A DNA stretch of 64,000 bases. Source: Balamuthia mandrillaris. Taxonomy: Eukaryota. The notes beneath the pieces are model-generated. The model saw only the letters and a list, made by a program, of their open reading frames with translations, did no database searches and was not told the origin of the DNA. The number at the start of each line of letters is the position of its first letter. The first letter of the stretch is position 1. This document shows positions 48,629 through 61,068 of this stretch, in pieces. The DNA is taken from positions 248,001-312,000 of the forward strand of contig JAVKOQ020000026.1 in assembly GCA_031835245.2 (NCBI GenBank), in the 5' to 3' direction. Position numbers and translations under genes: made by a program.

Positions 48629-50192
48629 ATGAGAGCTAGAAGGACCTCAGAACCTTCTGAGGGCTCGAGTGAAGAAGAGAGAGAACAAAAAATTGAGGTC
48701 CTAGATGCCAGAAGACGAACCGCCTCTTTTTCAGCCTCAATCCAACAAGAAGAAAGCTCGGGCATATGGGAGAAAAAAGGTTCCAGAGGTTTGATGGTTG
48801 GAAGAAGCAACAGCACCATCGGGATGGGCAGAGACGGAAATAACTCGCGAAGAAGCTTCGCAACGGCTTTGCCGGAAGAGTCAACTCGTAAAGCAGCGGA
48901 GGGCATCTACTTGCATCGCAAAGCGTTAGAGATAGAGGCTAGAGCACGGAGAGAAGGAAGAGTGATTACTGGAACCTCTCTTCGTGCACGCTTGGGTACT
49001 ATATCGGCTTCAACACCAAAGCTAAAAGACGAAGCAAAAGCAGCCGCAAAACTGGAGCAGATGGAAAGAGGAGACGAAACCGAAAAGATGTCCGACAAGA
49101 AAGAAGAAAACGAGAAAGCAGCCGATACGAAGAAGGACAAAAACAAGAAAACGAAGGAACACCATAAACGGATTACAAAGGAGTCTGGAAGCAAAAGCGC
49201 AGGAGCCTCTCCCGAGCCAAAGAGCAAGAGGGCCAGCACATTGTCTTTAAGAAAGGGTTCGTTGAGACGGGTGAAAAAAGGAGATGCTGGAGGAAGCAAA
49301 AAGAGACGTCCAATGGTACCCTTGTGGAACAACGACAAAGCAATTTTAACAAACGGAGAAAAAGAGGAAGATGAGGAGTGCGACGAAGACGAACTTCCTC
49401 CAGGGGTTGGATTGACAGAGATTCCTGCGGAATATCAAGACTATGTTTGGGGAGTTGATATGCCATCAGGTGCTTATCTCTTCCTCTCTCTTCTCTCTTC
49501 TCTCTCTCATTCTTTCTTGTAAACAGAACACAAGATAGAAACAGAGCTCGGTATAGTTAGAAAATCATCGTCTTCAATGGTATCCATAACGCAACCACAA
49601 CGACAACCTCTTTCCCCAACGGAAGCCAAGCCGTCTACTGCGTCTGGCTCTGAGACGGAGAGCATGCCCGCGGTGGCTGAAGCCGAGCCTACAAAGAAGA
49701 GCTTCAAAGACAACGCAGTGCAGAGAAAAAAATCAAAACAGAAAAGGTGGAGCTGGTCCGAGATTGAGCAGAAGCGAAGGAAAGAACTTGGTCTTCCGCC
49801 TGAGCTGGAAGAGTTCGCCTATGGAACTTCCACAACTTCTGCTGGGGGGACTCCTACTTACAGCGGAGGTTCTTCATTTCCCTTCTCTAGCACCATCCAA
49901 AAACTAACTTCTGTACGTACTAGGGTTCACAAGCTTTAAGCGAATGAGAGTGCAAATAAATCCTCCAAAAGAAGACCTAGAGATGAAGGCTGCAGTAGAA
50001 TGGGAAGAGTTAAGCTACGTTTGGGGAGCGGACATGCCTCATGAGCTCAAGATCGAGTTTGAGCTGGGCATGCGTCCGGGACAAAAGTGGCAGCCTAGCA
50101 CGGCCCCCAAAGGAAAGAGGTCAAGCACGTTTCTCTCCACTGAGCAGAGCGCACGGAGCAGGTCGTCCACAGCAAATGCTTGTCGCGTCTAG
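48629..50192 (+). CDS. Hypothetical charged protein with duplicated YVWGxDMPxExKIExELG motif
   Basis: Long open exons joined by GT-AG introns; internal repeat; 3' end uncertain. Confidence 0.6.
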
Positions 50193-50349
50193 ACCTTATG
50201 TGAATACTTTCAACGCTTTCGTGATATCTTGTATTTATAACCAAAACAGTTCCGTTGTTTGTTGTTTGTCTTTATTTCTTTTGTAGTTTTATGATACATG
50301 TTTCTAAAAAAAGTTGCCTTCTTCGCTCCCACCTGTGGTTCCTCTCCTA

Positions 50350-51071
50350 CTAAAACACGGTGCCCAGAAGTTTCTGTAGGAACACATCCTCCACTGCGTT
50401 GAAAACCACGCGCACGTTCTCCGTGTCCGTCGCACAGGTCAAATGCGTGTACACAAACCGAGTGTCCGACGCTTTGTTCTTCTTCAAGAACTGCTTCTCG
50501 ATAAACTTGGCCGCCTTGTGGTATTCCATCGGTCCGTTGTAGGAAGGAAAGCATACGTTGAGGTTCACCTTGGTGATCTTTTTCTCAAAGAGGTCCTTCT
50601 TGTTGAGGAAGAGAATGATGGTGGTGTCGTGAAACCATTGGTTATTGATCACATCTGCAAAGAGGTTTAGCGACTCGACCATCCGGTTAACCCCGTGACT
50701 TTCTTCCAGCTCCAAGTCGTACTCGCTGAGAGAAGTGACGAAGATGATGGCGGTAACGTCCTCGAAGCAGTGGATCCACTTTCTCCTTTCATTTCTTTGT
50801 CCACCCACATCCACCATCCTATGAGGTGTGAAGGTTAAGCAAGAACCTGAAACCATTAAACGAGAAACGAGCAAACAACGAACCGAAAGTTGATGCCACC
50901 CGACTCAAACTTTGCTTCTATCACTCCTGTGGTCTTTTTTCGTACACGTAGCATATCCATCTCATTGGGAATATATCCTGGTTGAGCGATTCGGTCCAAC
51001 TCTTGGTAGAAACTATTTGTTGCGTGAGCTGTGGTTTACAATTGGGAACCAGAGGGAGAGAGAGAGAGGGA

Positions 51072-51120
<49 letters not shown>

Positions 51121-51744
51121 ATAACACGGTAAAAAAGAGAGGAATACGAACTATTCTGTGGAGTCGTTTAACTGGAAAGCGCTGGAGTTGTCGAAAGCAT
51201 GTTGAATGGCAGGATCATCCCACAAAGCTTTGATATCTCGCACAAGTTCTGGTGTTAAGTCTATATTTTCTGCCAGGTCAATCGCTAATACATTCTCTGC
51301 GGCTTCCTGCAAAGAATGAGTCCGGTTCCTTGAGAAACACAAAACACAACAATAAAAACTAAGTTTTGAACCTCTAAGGATGAATCTAACTTGGTGTCTT
51401 CGAAGCGTTCTACTCCCCGGATGAGTTTTTGGGTGGAGTCGATGATGTTGGAGAAGATAACTGGTTTTTGGAGCAGAAGCTCTTCTTCGCTAAATCCGTT
51501 TTTGTGGATGATTTGCATCTGTTTCCGAATAGTACTTTTACCCGACTCTCCCGCCCCTGTGGTAAGACGCTCCGCAGTTAGTTTAAAGATTCTCCGGTAG
51601 AATATGGTGTGGTAAGGTGAGTGCAGTACCCAGTAGCAAGAGTTTCACTTCTTTCCTTTCTCTTTTCTTGTCCGAGTCAATCAGTTTGTCGATCTCCCTG
51701 GACTTCTTCTCTTCCTCCGTCACGGCTCCACAAACATTTCCCAT
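50350..51744 (-). CDS. Heterotrimeric G-protein alpha subunit
   Basis: MGNVC lipidation site, KLLLLGAGESGKST, DVGGQRNERRKWIHCF, FLNKKD, TCATDT. Confidence 0.96.
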
Positions 51745-52146
51745 GTTGCTCTCTTCTCTGCCTCACTTGCTTTCGTTATAATTATTATTATTATTTTTTA
51801 GTTTTTGGGAAAACAATATTACCGGTTGTCTTGGAGATGTTCAGAAACGTCCCAGCGAGGTATCTCAACCTTGCGAAAACAACAAAACAAAGACTGAAAG
51901 GGAGCAAGACAGCAGATGCACGGACCTCAGCCAAGGGACGCGAATCCTTTTTTTAGGAAATGCTTGAGGAGCGATTCGATATCCATGATAAACTGATCGA
52001 AACCCCATCGATTCCGATTGCATAGATTTTTTGAAATACCATTGGTTGAAATCGTTCGACCTCGCTCCTTGGAATGACCGGTCCATCGCCTCCTTTTGTC
52101 CCCACGATCACCTGTGGTGGCAGCGCCTTCCGCAAAGGACGAATTT

Positions 52147-53237
52147 ATGCGCACAACGGCTTACCTCTTCTGGTTAATGACGAAGAAAGAAGTGAAAAAA
52201 CAGATTTACGCGAACGGAACGCACTTTCTCTCAAATGTAAACGGTCTGTGCTGCTTTCTTTTCTTCTCTTCTCTTCTCCGCGTTTTTTTTTTTAAAATTG
52301 TGGATCAAAAAAAAAGAATGTTGTTCGGGGCTCGCTTCCGAAAGGCTCCCCAAGCCCAAGAGGAGCAGTCGGTAGCCGTCGAACTGCGGCAAACTGGACC
52401 GCTCTTCCGCCAAGATGATTATGTTAAGGCCGCGCTGCTGGTACGGAATCAGGGCAACAACAAGTGGCTCACCCTTTGCGTGGATGAGAAGAGAGAACAA
52501 CGCGAGGTGTTCTCGGTGAGAGTGCCTCCTATTATGGACAGGCACGATTTTGTTTGCTGCCGCTCTCTTCTTGATAATTACTGTTTAGAGTTCAAATGGA
52601 ATGGTACACATATTTTCGTTCCTCTTCTTCTAGTTCTTGGTATCGTTCCGCCACCAAGAAGACTCGTTCTCGTTCTCGTTCTTGTTATTCTTGTTATTCT
52701 TGTTATTCTTCTTCTTCTTCTTCTTCTTCTTCTTCTTCTTCTTCTTCTTCTTCTTCTTCTTCTTCTGGCTTATTTATTTGTTGAAGATAAGAAAACAGGA
52801 GAAAAGCATGTGTTGGTACGCTTTGCAAGCAGACAAGCGATGGAAATTTTTTTAGGGGATGCCAACTTGCTCCCCAAGCACCTCACCACGCAACGCAGCA
52901 CACGGACATTGCATGAGGCCACTGCCGCCGCCAATGAACTCCTCAAAGATCGCCTTACGAACTGTGAGCCCAAAACGACGGAATGGGAAGGGGTGGTGAA
53001 GTCTACGCTGGAACCTTTTGTGCTTCCTCCTATTGGTATCTCCCCTCTCTCTGTGTCTGTCTCTGTCTCTGTCTCTGTCTCTGTCTCTGTCTCTGTCTCT
53101 GTCTCTGTCTCTGTGTCTGTCTCTGTCTCTGTCTCTGTCTCTGTCTCTGTCTCTGTCTCTGTCTCTGTCTCTGTCTCTGTCTCTGTCTCTGTCTCTGTCT
53201 CTGTCTCTGTCTGTCTCTTTCTCTCTGTCTGTCTGTC

Positions 53238-53289
<52 letters not shown>

Positions 53290-55220
53290 TCTTTCTTCTC
53301 CCTAGTCTTCTCTCTCTCCTGTTTGCTAACTCAACTAACAAAAAAAAAAAAAAACAAAACAAACGCAAATGTCACAGAACAAGGAGGCTTTTGTTTATCT
53401 CTAGAAAACCTTTCCGTCAAAGAAGATCCTCTTTTGGCCTTGCTATGCGCCCCTGCTTTTTCTTCGTTTTTATTCATTCGCCGCCTTAACCTTAGTAGAT
53501 GCGCTCTTCAGTCGCTTCCTGAATCGTTTTACGCCGAAACGGGACCTTTAGCCTCCTCATTGGTTGTTCTAGACCTCAGCTTAAACAGCATATGCACATT
53601 TCCAAAGGGTTTGTGCAACCTTAGATGTTTGGAGGAACTTTACTTTAGAGCAAACGGAGCGCGTGGCCCGTTGCCAATGGAAATTGGCCAGCTTTCTGCT
53701 TTGAGGATTCTGGATATCAGCCATAATGAAATCGACGGAAACCTACCTCCCACTGTTCGTCTCCTTCTTCCTCCTCTTTTTGTTGTTCTCTTTCCTGTGT
53801 AATTTTTTCTTGTGTTTTCTCTTTCTTTTAGCTTTGTTATCTTGCCTCTTCCTTTCCTTTATGAGGGAGATTGCCTCAACATTTTTCTTTGCTTGTACAG
53901 ATATCGCTGTGTAATGACTTGCGCCAGCTGAACGTATCCCATACAAGACTTCGTGAACTGCCACCCGAACTGGGCTTACTTCAGTTGGAAGAGCTGTACG
54001 TGGTGTGCACCAATTTCACGTTCCCACCTCCAATTCTTCTCAACACCGATGTTCATACCATTCTCTCTTATCTGCGCCTCTTTTGTGCCGGTATCTCTCG
54101 CACTACGCATTACACTTTTCTTCATTTGGTCTTATTATTCTTCTTACTATTCTCATCATTGTCACGCAGAGCCACCCAAAGTTCTGCCATCTGAATTCTG
54201 TAAGAACATATCTTCGATGAGAGAAACTATTCAACTCTGCGACGTAACCTTCCGAATTCGCTCAAATGCTTCTTCTCAAGGGGAACAACCAAAAGACTTT
54301 TCAGCACACAAAGTAATTCTCTCACAGTCCCCATATTTTCGGAACTTGTTTGAACAACACGCTACGAATAAGGACAAAGAAGAAAATTCATCATCAACTC
54401 CTTCTGGTATGACAGTGATAGAGTTAGAAGAAGAGCCAGAAATCTTTGAGAAAGTACTTTGTTACTTTTATGGCAAAAGCTTCAAGATAGCAACGGGACC
54501 TGTGATTACTCGGTTAGTAGAAGTGCATGAGACTTATCACATGCCTCTTTTGGTCGCAAAATGGAGGAAACATCTTGCTAGTCATACTCCCGGTAAGGGA
54601 TCTCCTTACTCTTGCAAATTTTCATCAAAGAGGATTATAACTTATTTTCTAATGGACTGCAACAAAATAAACAGGTTATGACTTTCAGTTTTGGAGGGAG
54701 GAAGAGGAGTTTCGAGCAACCATCCATCAGCTGCTTCATACGGAAAGCTATCAGGATGTGCTGTTGCACCCCATCCTCGATGACCCAACGTACCTCTTTC
54801 TCATCTTCTTGTCTTTTTATCATCTCTCATCTTCCTCACTCTCACTCCCTCCCTCGCGTTTCTTCCTGTCACTCTCTTTACTCATACCCGTTATTAATAA
54901 CGAAGTGACGACGCACAAGAAAATGAACCGGAAGAACAAGAAATGAAACCGATAGCAGCCCACAAATGCATACTCGCAGCACGTAGTCCTCACTTTCGCT
55001 CCATGTTTGCCACTGGCATGAAAGAAGCCAAAGAAAAGGAGGTACAAGTGAGAGGCGTACAATCCGCTTTCTTATCCAAAGTTTTAGAATACATCTACTC
55101 TGATTATCTGGAAATAGATCCAATGGAGGCTATTGGTAACTCTTTCTTTTTAGTGGTGCCTCCTTTTTGCTTCATTCTTCTAACGTTGTTTTTCTGCTCT
55201 CTCTCTCTCTCTCCCTCTTC

Positions 55221-55277
<57 letters not shown>

Positions 55278-55735
55278 ACTCCGTTTCTTTTTACGAAAAA
55301 AGAAATGCTCAAGTGCTGTAATGCGCTTTCATTGAGTCGTTTGGAGTCAATGTGCGAATGCGTTCTCTCTCGCCACTTGGATGAGGACAACGCAGCTGGC
55401 TTACTCGGTACCTTTTCCGTTTCATTGTTCGTTGTGTAGGCTATTGTCATGCGTAAGCACCAGCTAACACGTTTACTTTAGAGTTATCAGATCGGTTGGG
55501 ATGTTTACAACTGCGGAAGCGTTGTCTCTACTATGCAAAACACAACTTTGAACTGCTGAAAAAAACGTTGAAGGAGGAGTTGGATGATTATCTACCGCTT
55601 GAACTTCAGGAAGAGATACAAAAGGAGGCCAACAAAGAAATAGAAGAAAGAGACGTGCAAGGCATGTACGAGCTTGAGAAGAAGAAAAAGATCGATTTTC
55701 TGGAGAATTTCTTCGCTTCAACCCGGCGAAAGTAA
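52147..55735 (+). CDS. LRR plus tandem BTB/POZ domain protein
   Basis: LRR units (LVVLDLSLNSI, LRILDISHNEI); BTB1 CDVTFRI..FSAHKVIL.QSPYF; BTB2 AHKCILAARSPHFRSMF..GMKE; BACK-like tail. Confidence 0.8.
53050..53287. repeat. (GTCTCT)n grading into (CT)n, intronic microsatellite
   Basis: Over 20 hexamer units then (CT)n; a similar array lies at ~40033-40190. Confidence 0.95.
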
Positions 55736-55979
55736 AAGCAAGAACAAAATGAAAGAGAAAAGAGAAACGAAAGTTATAAATATTGGTGGTTCCTTTGCTT
55801 TATTTTATTGTGTCGCTGCTATTTAAGAATAACACGTTAGAGGAGAGTAGCGGAAAGAAGAGGAGGAGACAATAGTAATAGAGAAAGAAAGAAAGAGGGA
55901 GGAGGCGTACCGGGCGATTTTATACATTAGGATTATTTGCGGAAGGTTGGCGTGTGCCCGCTGCCACACGCTAACGTTA

Positions 55980-57449
55980 TCATGTATCCCTTTCGTGTCT
56001 TTCAGTTCTTAGTCTTGGAGGCCGCAAACTTGAGAAGCGGCAACTGGTGCTCCGGCATGTGTAAGAGCGGTCGTAATATTCACAATCTTCAAATGAAGCA
56101 GCTTTGAGGAGAACAGCCTCAAGATCTTTGTCTTCCTCCATTAATCCGGCTTGAGACGTGCTCAGTATCATTTCACATTCATCAAACATGTCTTTTGCTC
56201 TTCTCTGCTACAGAAGCCTCTTTGGGATTGGTGTGCTTTCCGTGTTTTTTCTTGAACGAAAAGCTTTTGAAAAGCCCGTTACTACCGCTGCTTGATTTTC
56301 CTTTTCTTTTTCCATTCGTTGTTTTAGTTTTAGACTTTGCAGTGTTGAAAGCAGGAGCAGACGCTCTCTTTTGGGGTTTGTTACGTTGTCTCTGTTGTTT
56401 TTCTTGCTCCTCGTCTTGTGGCTGTGTCTTTCCACTTTCATTCTCTTTTTTCTGTTCCTCAGAATGTTCTTCGTCCGCTTCCTCTTCTTCATCATCACCT
56501 GCCTCTTTCTCCTCCGTTTCTTCTCTTTCGTGCTCTTCATCCTCTTTAATTTCTCCTTTTCGTATTGGCGAGGCAACCCCCGCTGTCGTTTCTTGTTGCT
56601 TATTATTTTGTTGTTCAAAGGAAGAGTCCACACTTTCATCCGACGATTCAAGGTCGGTGCCATGTGTATAGTGATAGCGGAGATAAAATTTTCTGTCGTT
56701 GAGGCTTCGCTTGAGCTCCGGCGTCAAAGGGAGGGTCTTATTATATTCCTTCAACTTGTTTCTGGCCAACCGGAAGAGCTCTTTGAACTCATCTCTCACT
56801 AGCCCTACATAGGGCCGGTCGTAACAAAAACGTCAAGAAAGAAGAGAGAAGAGAGAAGAGAGAAGAGAGAAGAGAGAAGAGAGAAGAGAGAAGAGAGAAG
56901 AGAGAAGAGAGAAGAGAGAAGAGAGAAGAGAGAAGAGATAGAAACATAAAGAGGAGATAGAGAGAGAGAAAGGCGAGACGTGAAAAGTGAAAACGAACCA
57001 CCGGGGTGAGGAGGTCCGACGATGCCCTCGTTAAGAACAGTATAAACATCCAGCCAAGTTGGTTCGCTGATGTCCACCTCCATCACCTGACCAAAGTCGT
57101 AGAGAAATTGGGTGGCCTCCTTCTCCGAGAGCTCTCCATCGCCTGCTCTGTCATAGAGGCGCCACAGCTCATTGAAAGTGTGCTGATCGACCGGTTTGTT
57201 GATGTTGATGCCCAATTCTTTGCAATAGTTATGAGAGTGCTTGTTTCCCTTAAAAAAAAAAAACAAACGAAACGGAGTCAGGGAAGAAAGAAAAGGAAAA
57301 ACAACACGCGACAGGACAAGAGGGCAGAAACCATTTGCGACGTCGGCTCTGTGGTCAGTGGTTTGCTGCTTCAAAAAAGAAGCCGCATCGGACCTCACAC
57401 GCTCATCCAGTGTTTCTCTCCTTGTGGTGCCTGCTTCGTGACGACACAT
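55980..57449 (-). CDS. EF-hand-containing hypothetical protein (3' end uncertain, 56182 or 55980)
   Basis: LWRLYDRAGDGELSEKEATQFL EF-hand loop; acidic/basic tail; CT-rich introns on the minus strand. Confidence 0.55.
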
Positions 57450-57670
57450 GAGATTGGCTTGAGGAGCCGAAGGTTTCCTATTTAATGTCGACGTAGCAAA
57501 CCGAGAAAATTTTCTTAATATGGCGATTATTTGCGGACATATCGACAATTTTTTTTGGGATAGAGAAAAAAAAAGAAAGAGGAAAAAAGAAGGAGAGAGA
57601 GAAAGAGCGGAGGAGAAAAAGAAGGCTCAAAAAAAAAAAAGAAGTCCGGGAAGGGGGAGAAAGAAAGAAA

Positions 57671-60600
57671 ATGGGGTCTTTTTCAGGACTTATTTGCGGG
57701 TTTGATCCCAACTTTGAGCGGTTCGCCCTGATTTCCAGTGACAACAGGCTGAAGATCTGGGATGTGGCCTCCTCCTCGCTCCGGCAGAGCTTCACGGAGG
57801 CTGGTCACTTGAACACACAGTTTTCCACCCTTTGTTGGGGCACCTCGCCCGTATGTCTCCCCCCCTCCCTCCCTCTCTCTCTCTCTGTTCATTTGCTTTT
57901 GTTAGAAAATTGTTTCTCTAATTCATCGCTACTTTTTTAAAAACCCAATCAATCACTTTTCTTTCTCGGTTAAAAAAAGGAGAAGAAAGGAGCAAAAGCA
58001 AACACAAAGCGGGTGAAAAGCGCAAACTTGGCATTGGGAACGGTAAAAGGCTTCATCGTGCTGCTGCGGGACGGAGGCGGCAGCGCCTCGTTGGACGACG
58101 CCCAGAACAAGCGCATCCTCGGAGAGAAGGGAGAGGGTCACTCCTCTCGCGTCAACTCTCTCGCTTTCAACAAGGCCGGCACTTTTCTCTTTTCTTGCTC
58201 CAATGACACTCATGTCATTCAATGGAACGTTGAAACAGGACAAATCATCGCGTACGAAAAATCTTGGCTCCCCTTCTTTGCGCCTCTCTCTCTCACTTTC
58301 TTTCTCCCTCTCTTTTCTTTCCTCCTTCTTTTGTTGGCTTTGCACAAGCATTAACTCTTTCTCTCTCGTACTTAAAGTAAGTTTCAAGCAGACAAACAAC
58401 CAATCCGGCGTTTGGCCCTCTCTCCGGACGGTACGATGCTGGTGACGGCAGCAACCACCCTAAAAGTGTGGGACCTTTCCACCCACAAGGTGATCAAAAA
58501 GTTCACAGGACACGCTAGACCCGTCTCCGGCGTCGCTCTCTCTGCCAACAAACACTTTATCCTCTCCACAGGAGGAGACAGATTTCTTAGTCTGTGGTCT
58601 TGCGATCATGACGACGCAAGTGGTAGTTCCCAAATGGTTCTGGAAGAGAATAACAATGCCAACAGCAAGAAGAAGAAGGAAGAAGAAACAAATGACGATG
58701 ACACAAAAGGTTCAACGGTGGATGCCACCAAAGTATTTACATGCCCCAACAACATCAAGAACTTTACTTTCCTCAATAGCAACAGCAACAACGATAACAG
58801 TTCTTCCGCTTCACGTCAGTTGACATTCTTGGCGGTTCTGGACTCTGGTCAAGTGGCCATCTGGAACGTGGATCGCAACTCGTTAACCGACACGGAGAAC
58901 AACAAAAGCCCAAAGAAGAAAAAAGCCAAACAGGATCATCGTCCCAAGACACAAACAGCAAATGGCTTCATCAAACTCGCGCTCCCTCCATCTCCAGATG
59001 ACGCTGACGACACCCCCTCTACATCTTCCTCTTCTTCTTCCTCAGCCATTTTTGTTCCCCCCTCCGAAGTGAAAAAACAGAAGCCAAAGAAAACAAGACC
59101 GCCACCACGACCCCTTACCGCCAAAATATTTAATGCTCAGTTTGTTGGTTCTGATGAGATCATTCTTGCTCATGGCACCGCTTCGAAACCGTTTTTTGAA
59201 CGGGTGGTACGCTTATCTTATCCTCATTTCCGTTTACCCCGCTTTTTTAATCTCACGTGGAAACGTTGTTATGAAGAAATTTGTGGACAAAGAAACGGGA
59301 CAAGTACGATCGGAAATGACGGTAACAACTTTCGAAGATGCCACCAGCACTGCTTTGCTCGCTGATCCCACGACATCTATTCCTCCCAAAATCACCGTTC
59401 GTATTTTGAATCCTCTTTGTCTTTCCTTCTCTTCCCTTGTCTCCTCGTCTGTTCGTCTTTGTTCAACACACAAGCATCCGTACTAATAGCAAGGGTTGAG
59501 CGCGCACAAACAATTTTTGTTTGTTGTGTGTTTTCAATGAAGCTCTTGTTTCAATTCGGATAAAAGCATCAGCAGCATATTCCTATCGCAGATTTGCTTT
59601 TTAAAATTGCTCTTCTGTTCATTTTTCTTGTTGCAACAATTCCTTATAATTGTTCTTCACTCTCCCTTTTTTAAAATTACATCTCTGATGGACATCTTTA
59701 AATAACAGAAACAAGGACCACAAGAGGTAAGCGTGTTGGGCGCAGCAGACATGCAACTGCCTTCTCCCACTTTGTTCGACGAGAAACAAAAGAAAGGAAG
59801 CGCTTCCGCTGCCAGCAACAAGAAAGAACAACAAACCTCCAAGGCCAACAAGAAGGCTTCCTCTTCTGCTGCCGATGAAGAACCAACATTGCAAGAGAAG
59901 TTGGAGATGCTGGAGTTGGCCAATGGAGAGGACGGTGACGATGAGGACGATGACCTGAGGACGGCGAGTCAGATTCGGGCTCTCTCTTCGCTCACTCAAC
60001 ATCCTCCCATTCCCTCTGGAGATGTTCCCAAAGCTGGTTATTATTTCCTGTTTCTGCTTTTTTCCATGCTTTTCCCCTAGACTGATTCCTTTGCGTTTTT
60101 TTCTTGCTTCTCCCAACAGAGTCATTACAAGCAGTGCTGGTGCAAGCTCTGCACACGAACGATAAGGCCTTGTTGGAGTCCGTATTGGCTGTGTCAGATG
60201 AGACCGTCATCGCCAACACCGTCCAACGACTTCCCACCAACTTTGTGCTTCCTTTTCTCACCGGGTAAGTACTCTTCCGTTTTCCGTTTTCCGTTTTCCG
60301 TTTCCGTTTCCGTTTTATTGCTAATGCACAAATTATAACGTAAAAAAGGTTGGTGAGCAGGTTCAGAGCAAAGCCCAACAGAGGAGTGGTGCTGATGCAA
60401 TGGGTGAGAGCCGTTTTGATCCAACACTCCGCCTTTTTGATGACTTTGCCCAATTTGGCGGCCACCCTCTCCTCCCTCTATCAAACGATCGATACCCGGA
60501 TTTCTGCATTCAAGCGCTTCCTCAAGTTGAGCGGAAGGTTGGACCTGCTTTTGTCTCAGATAGAGGAGAAGGAGCGAACCACCTCTTTGTCTCGTTCTAG

Positions 60601-60883
60601 ACCATCCACCATCTACAATGAAGGTTTGTGTTTGTTTTTTTTTGTTCTCCTCCCTTTCTGTTCTTTTTCTGATTCCGTTTGCTTTTTTTTTTGGTTGTAC
60701 ACAAACACAAAATTAGATGAAGATGATGAGGATATGGAAGAAGAAGACATGGATGAAGAAGATGAGGACGAGGATGAAGATGAAGATGAAGAAGATGAGG
60801 AGGAGGAGGAGGAGGAGGAAGAAGAAGACGAGGAAGAGAACGAAGCAGCAGCAGAAGAAGAGGAAGAAGAAGAAGATGACTAA
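57671..60883 (+). CDS. WDR43: WD40 U3 snoRNP protein Utp5/WDR43
   Basis: DNRLKIWD WD repeats, KKFTGHA, Utp12-type domain SLQAVLVQALH..WVRAVLIQH..KLSGRLDLL, acidic tail. Confidence 0.88.
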
Positions 60884-61068
60884 ACTAATTTTTTGGATGG
60901 CAAAAAAATTACACCCAAATTTTACCATAAAAAGATAAAAGTGACGATAAAAGGAAATAAATTCGAAACGGTTCACTCAATTACCCCTCAAGCATCCCAA
61001 ATTTAGCATGAAATCTTTTTAAAAAAAAAACAAACAAACAACCAGCAAGAAGCAAAACACAACAAGCC

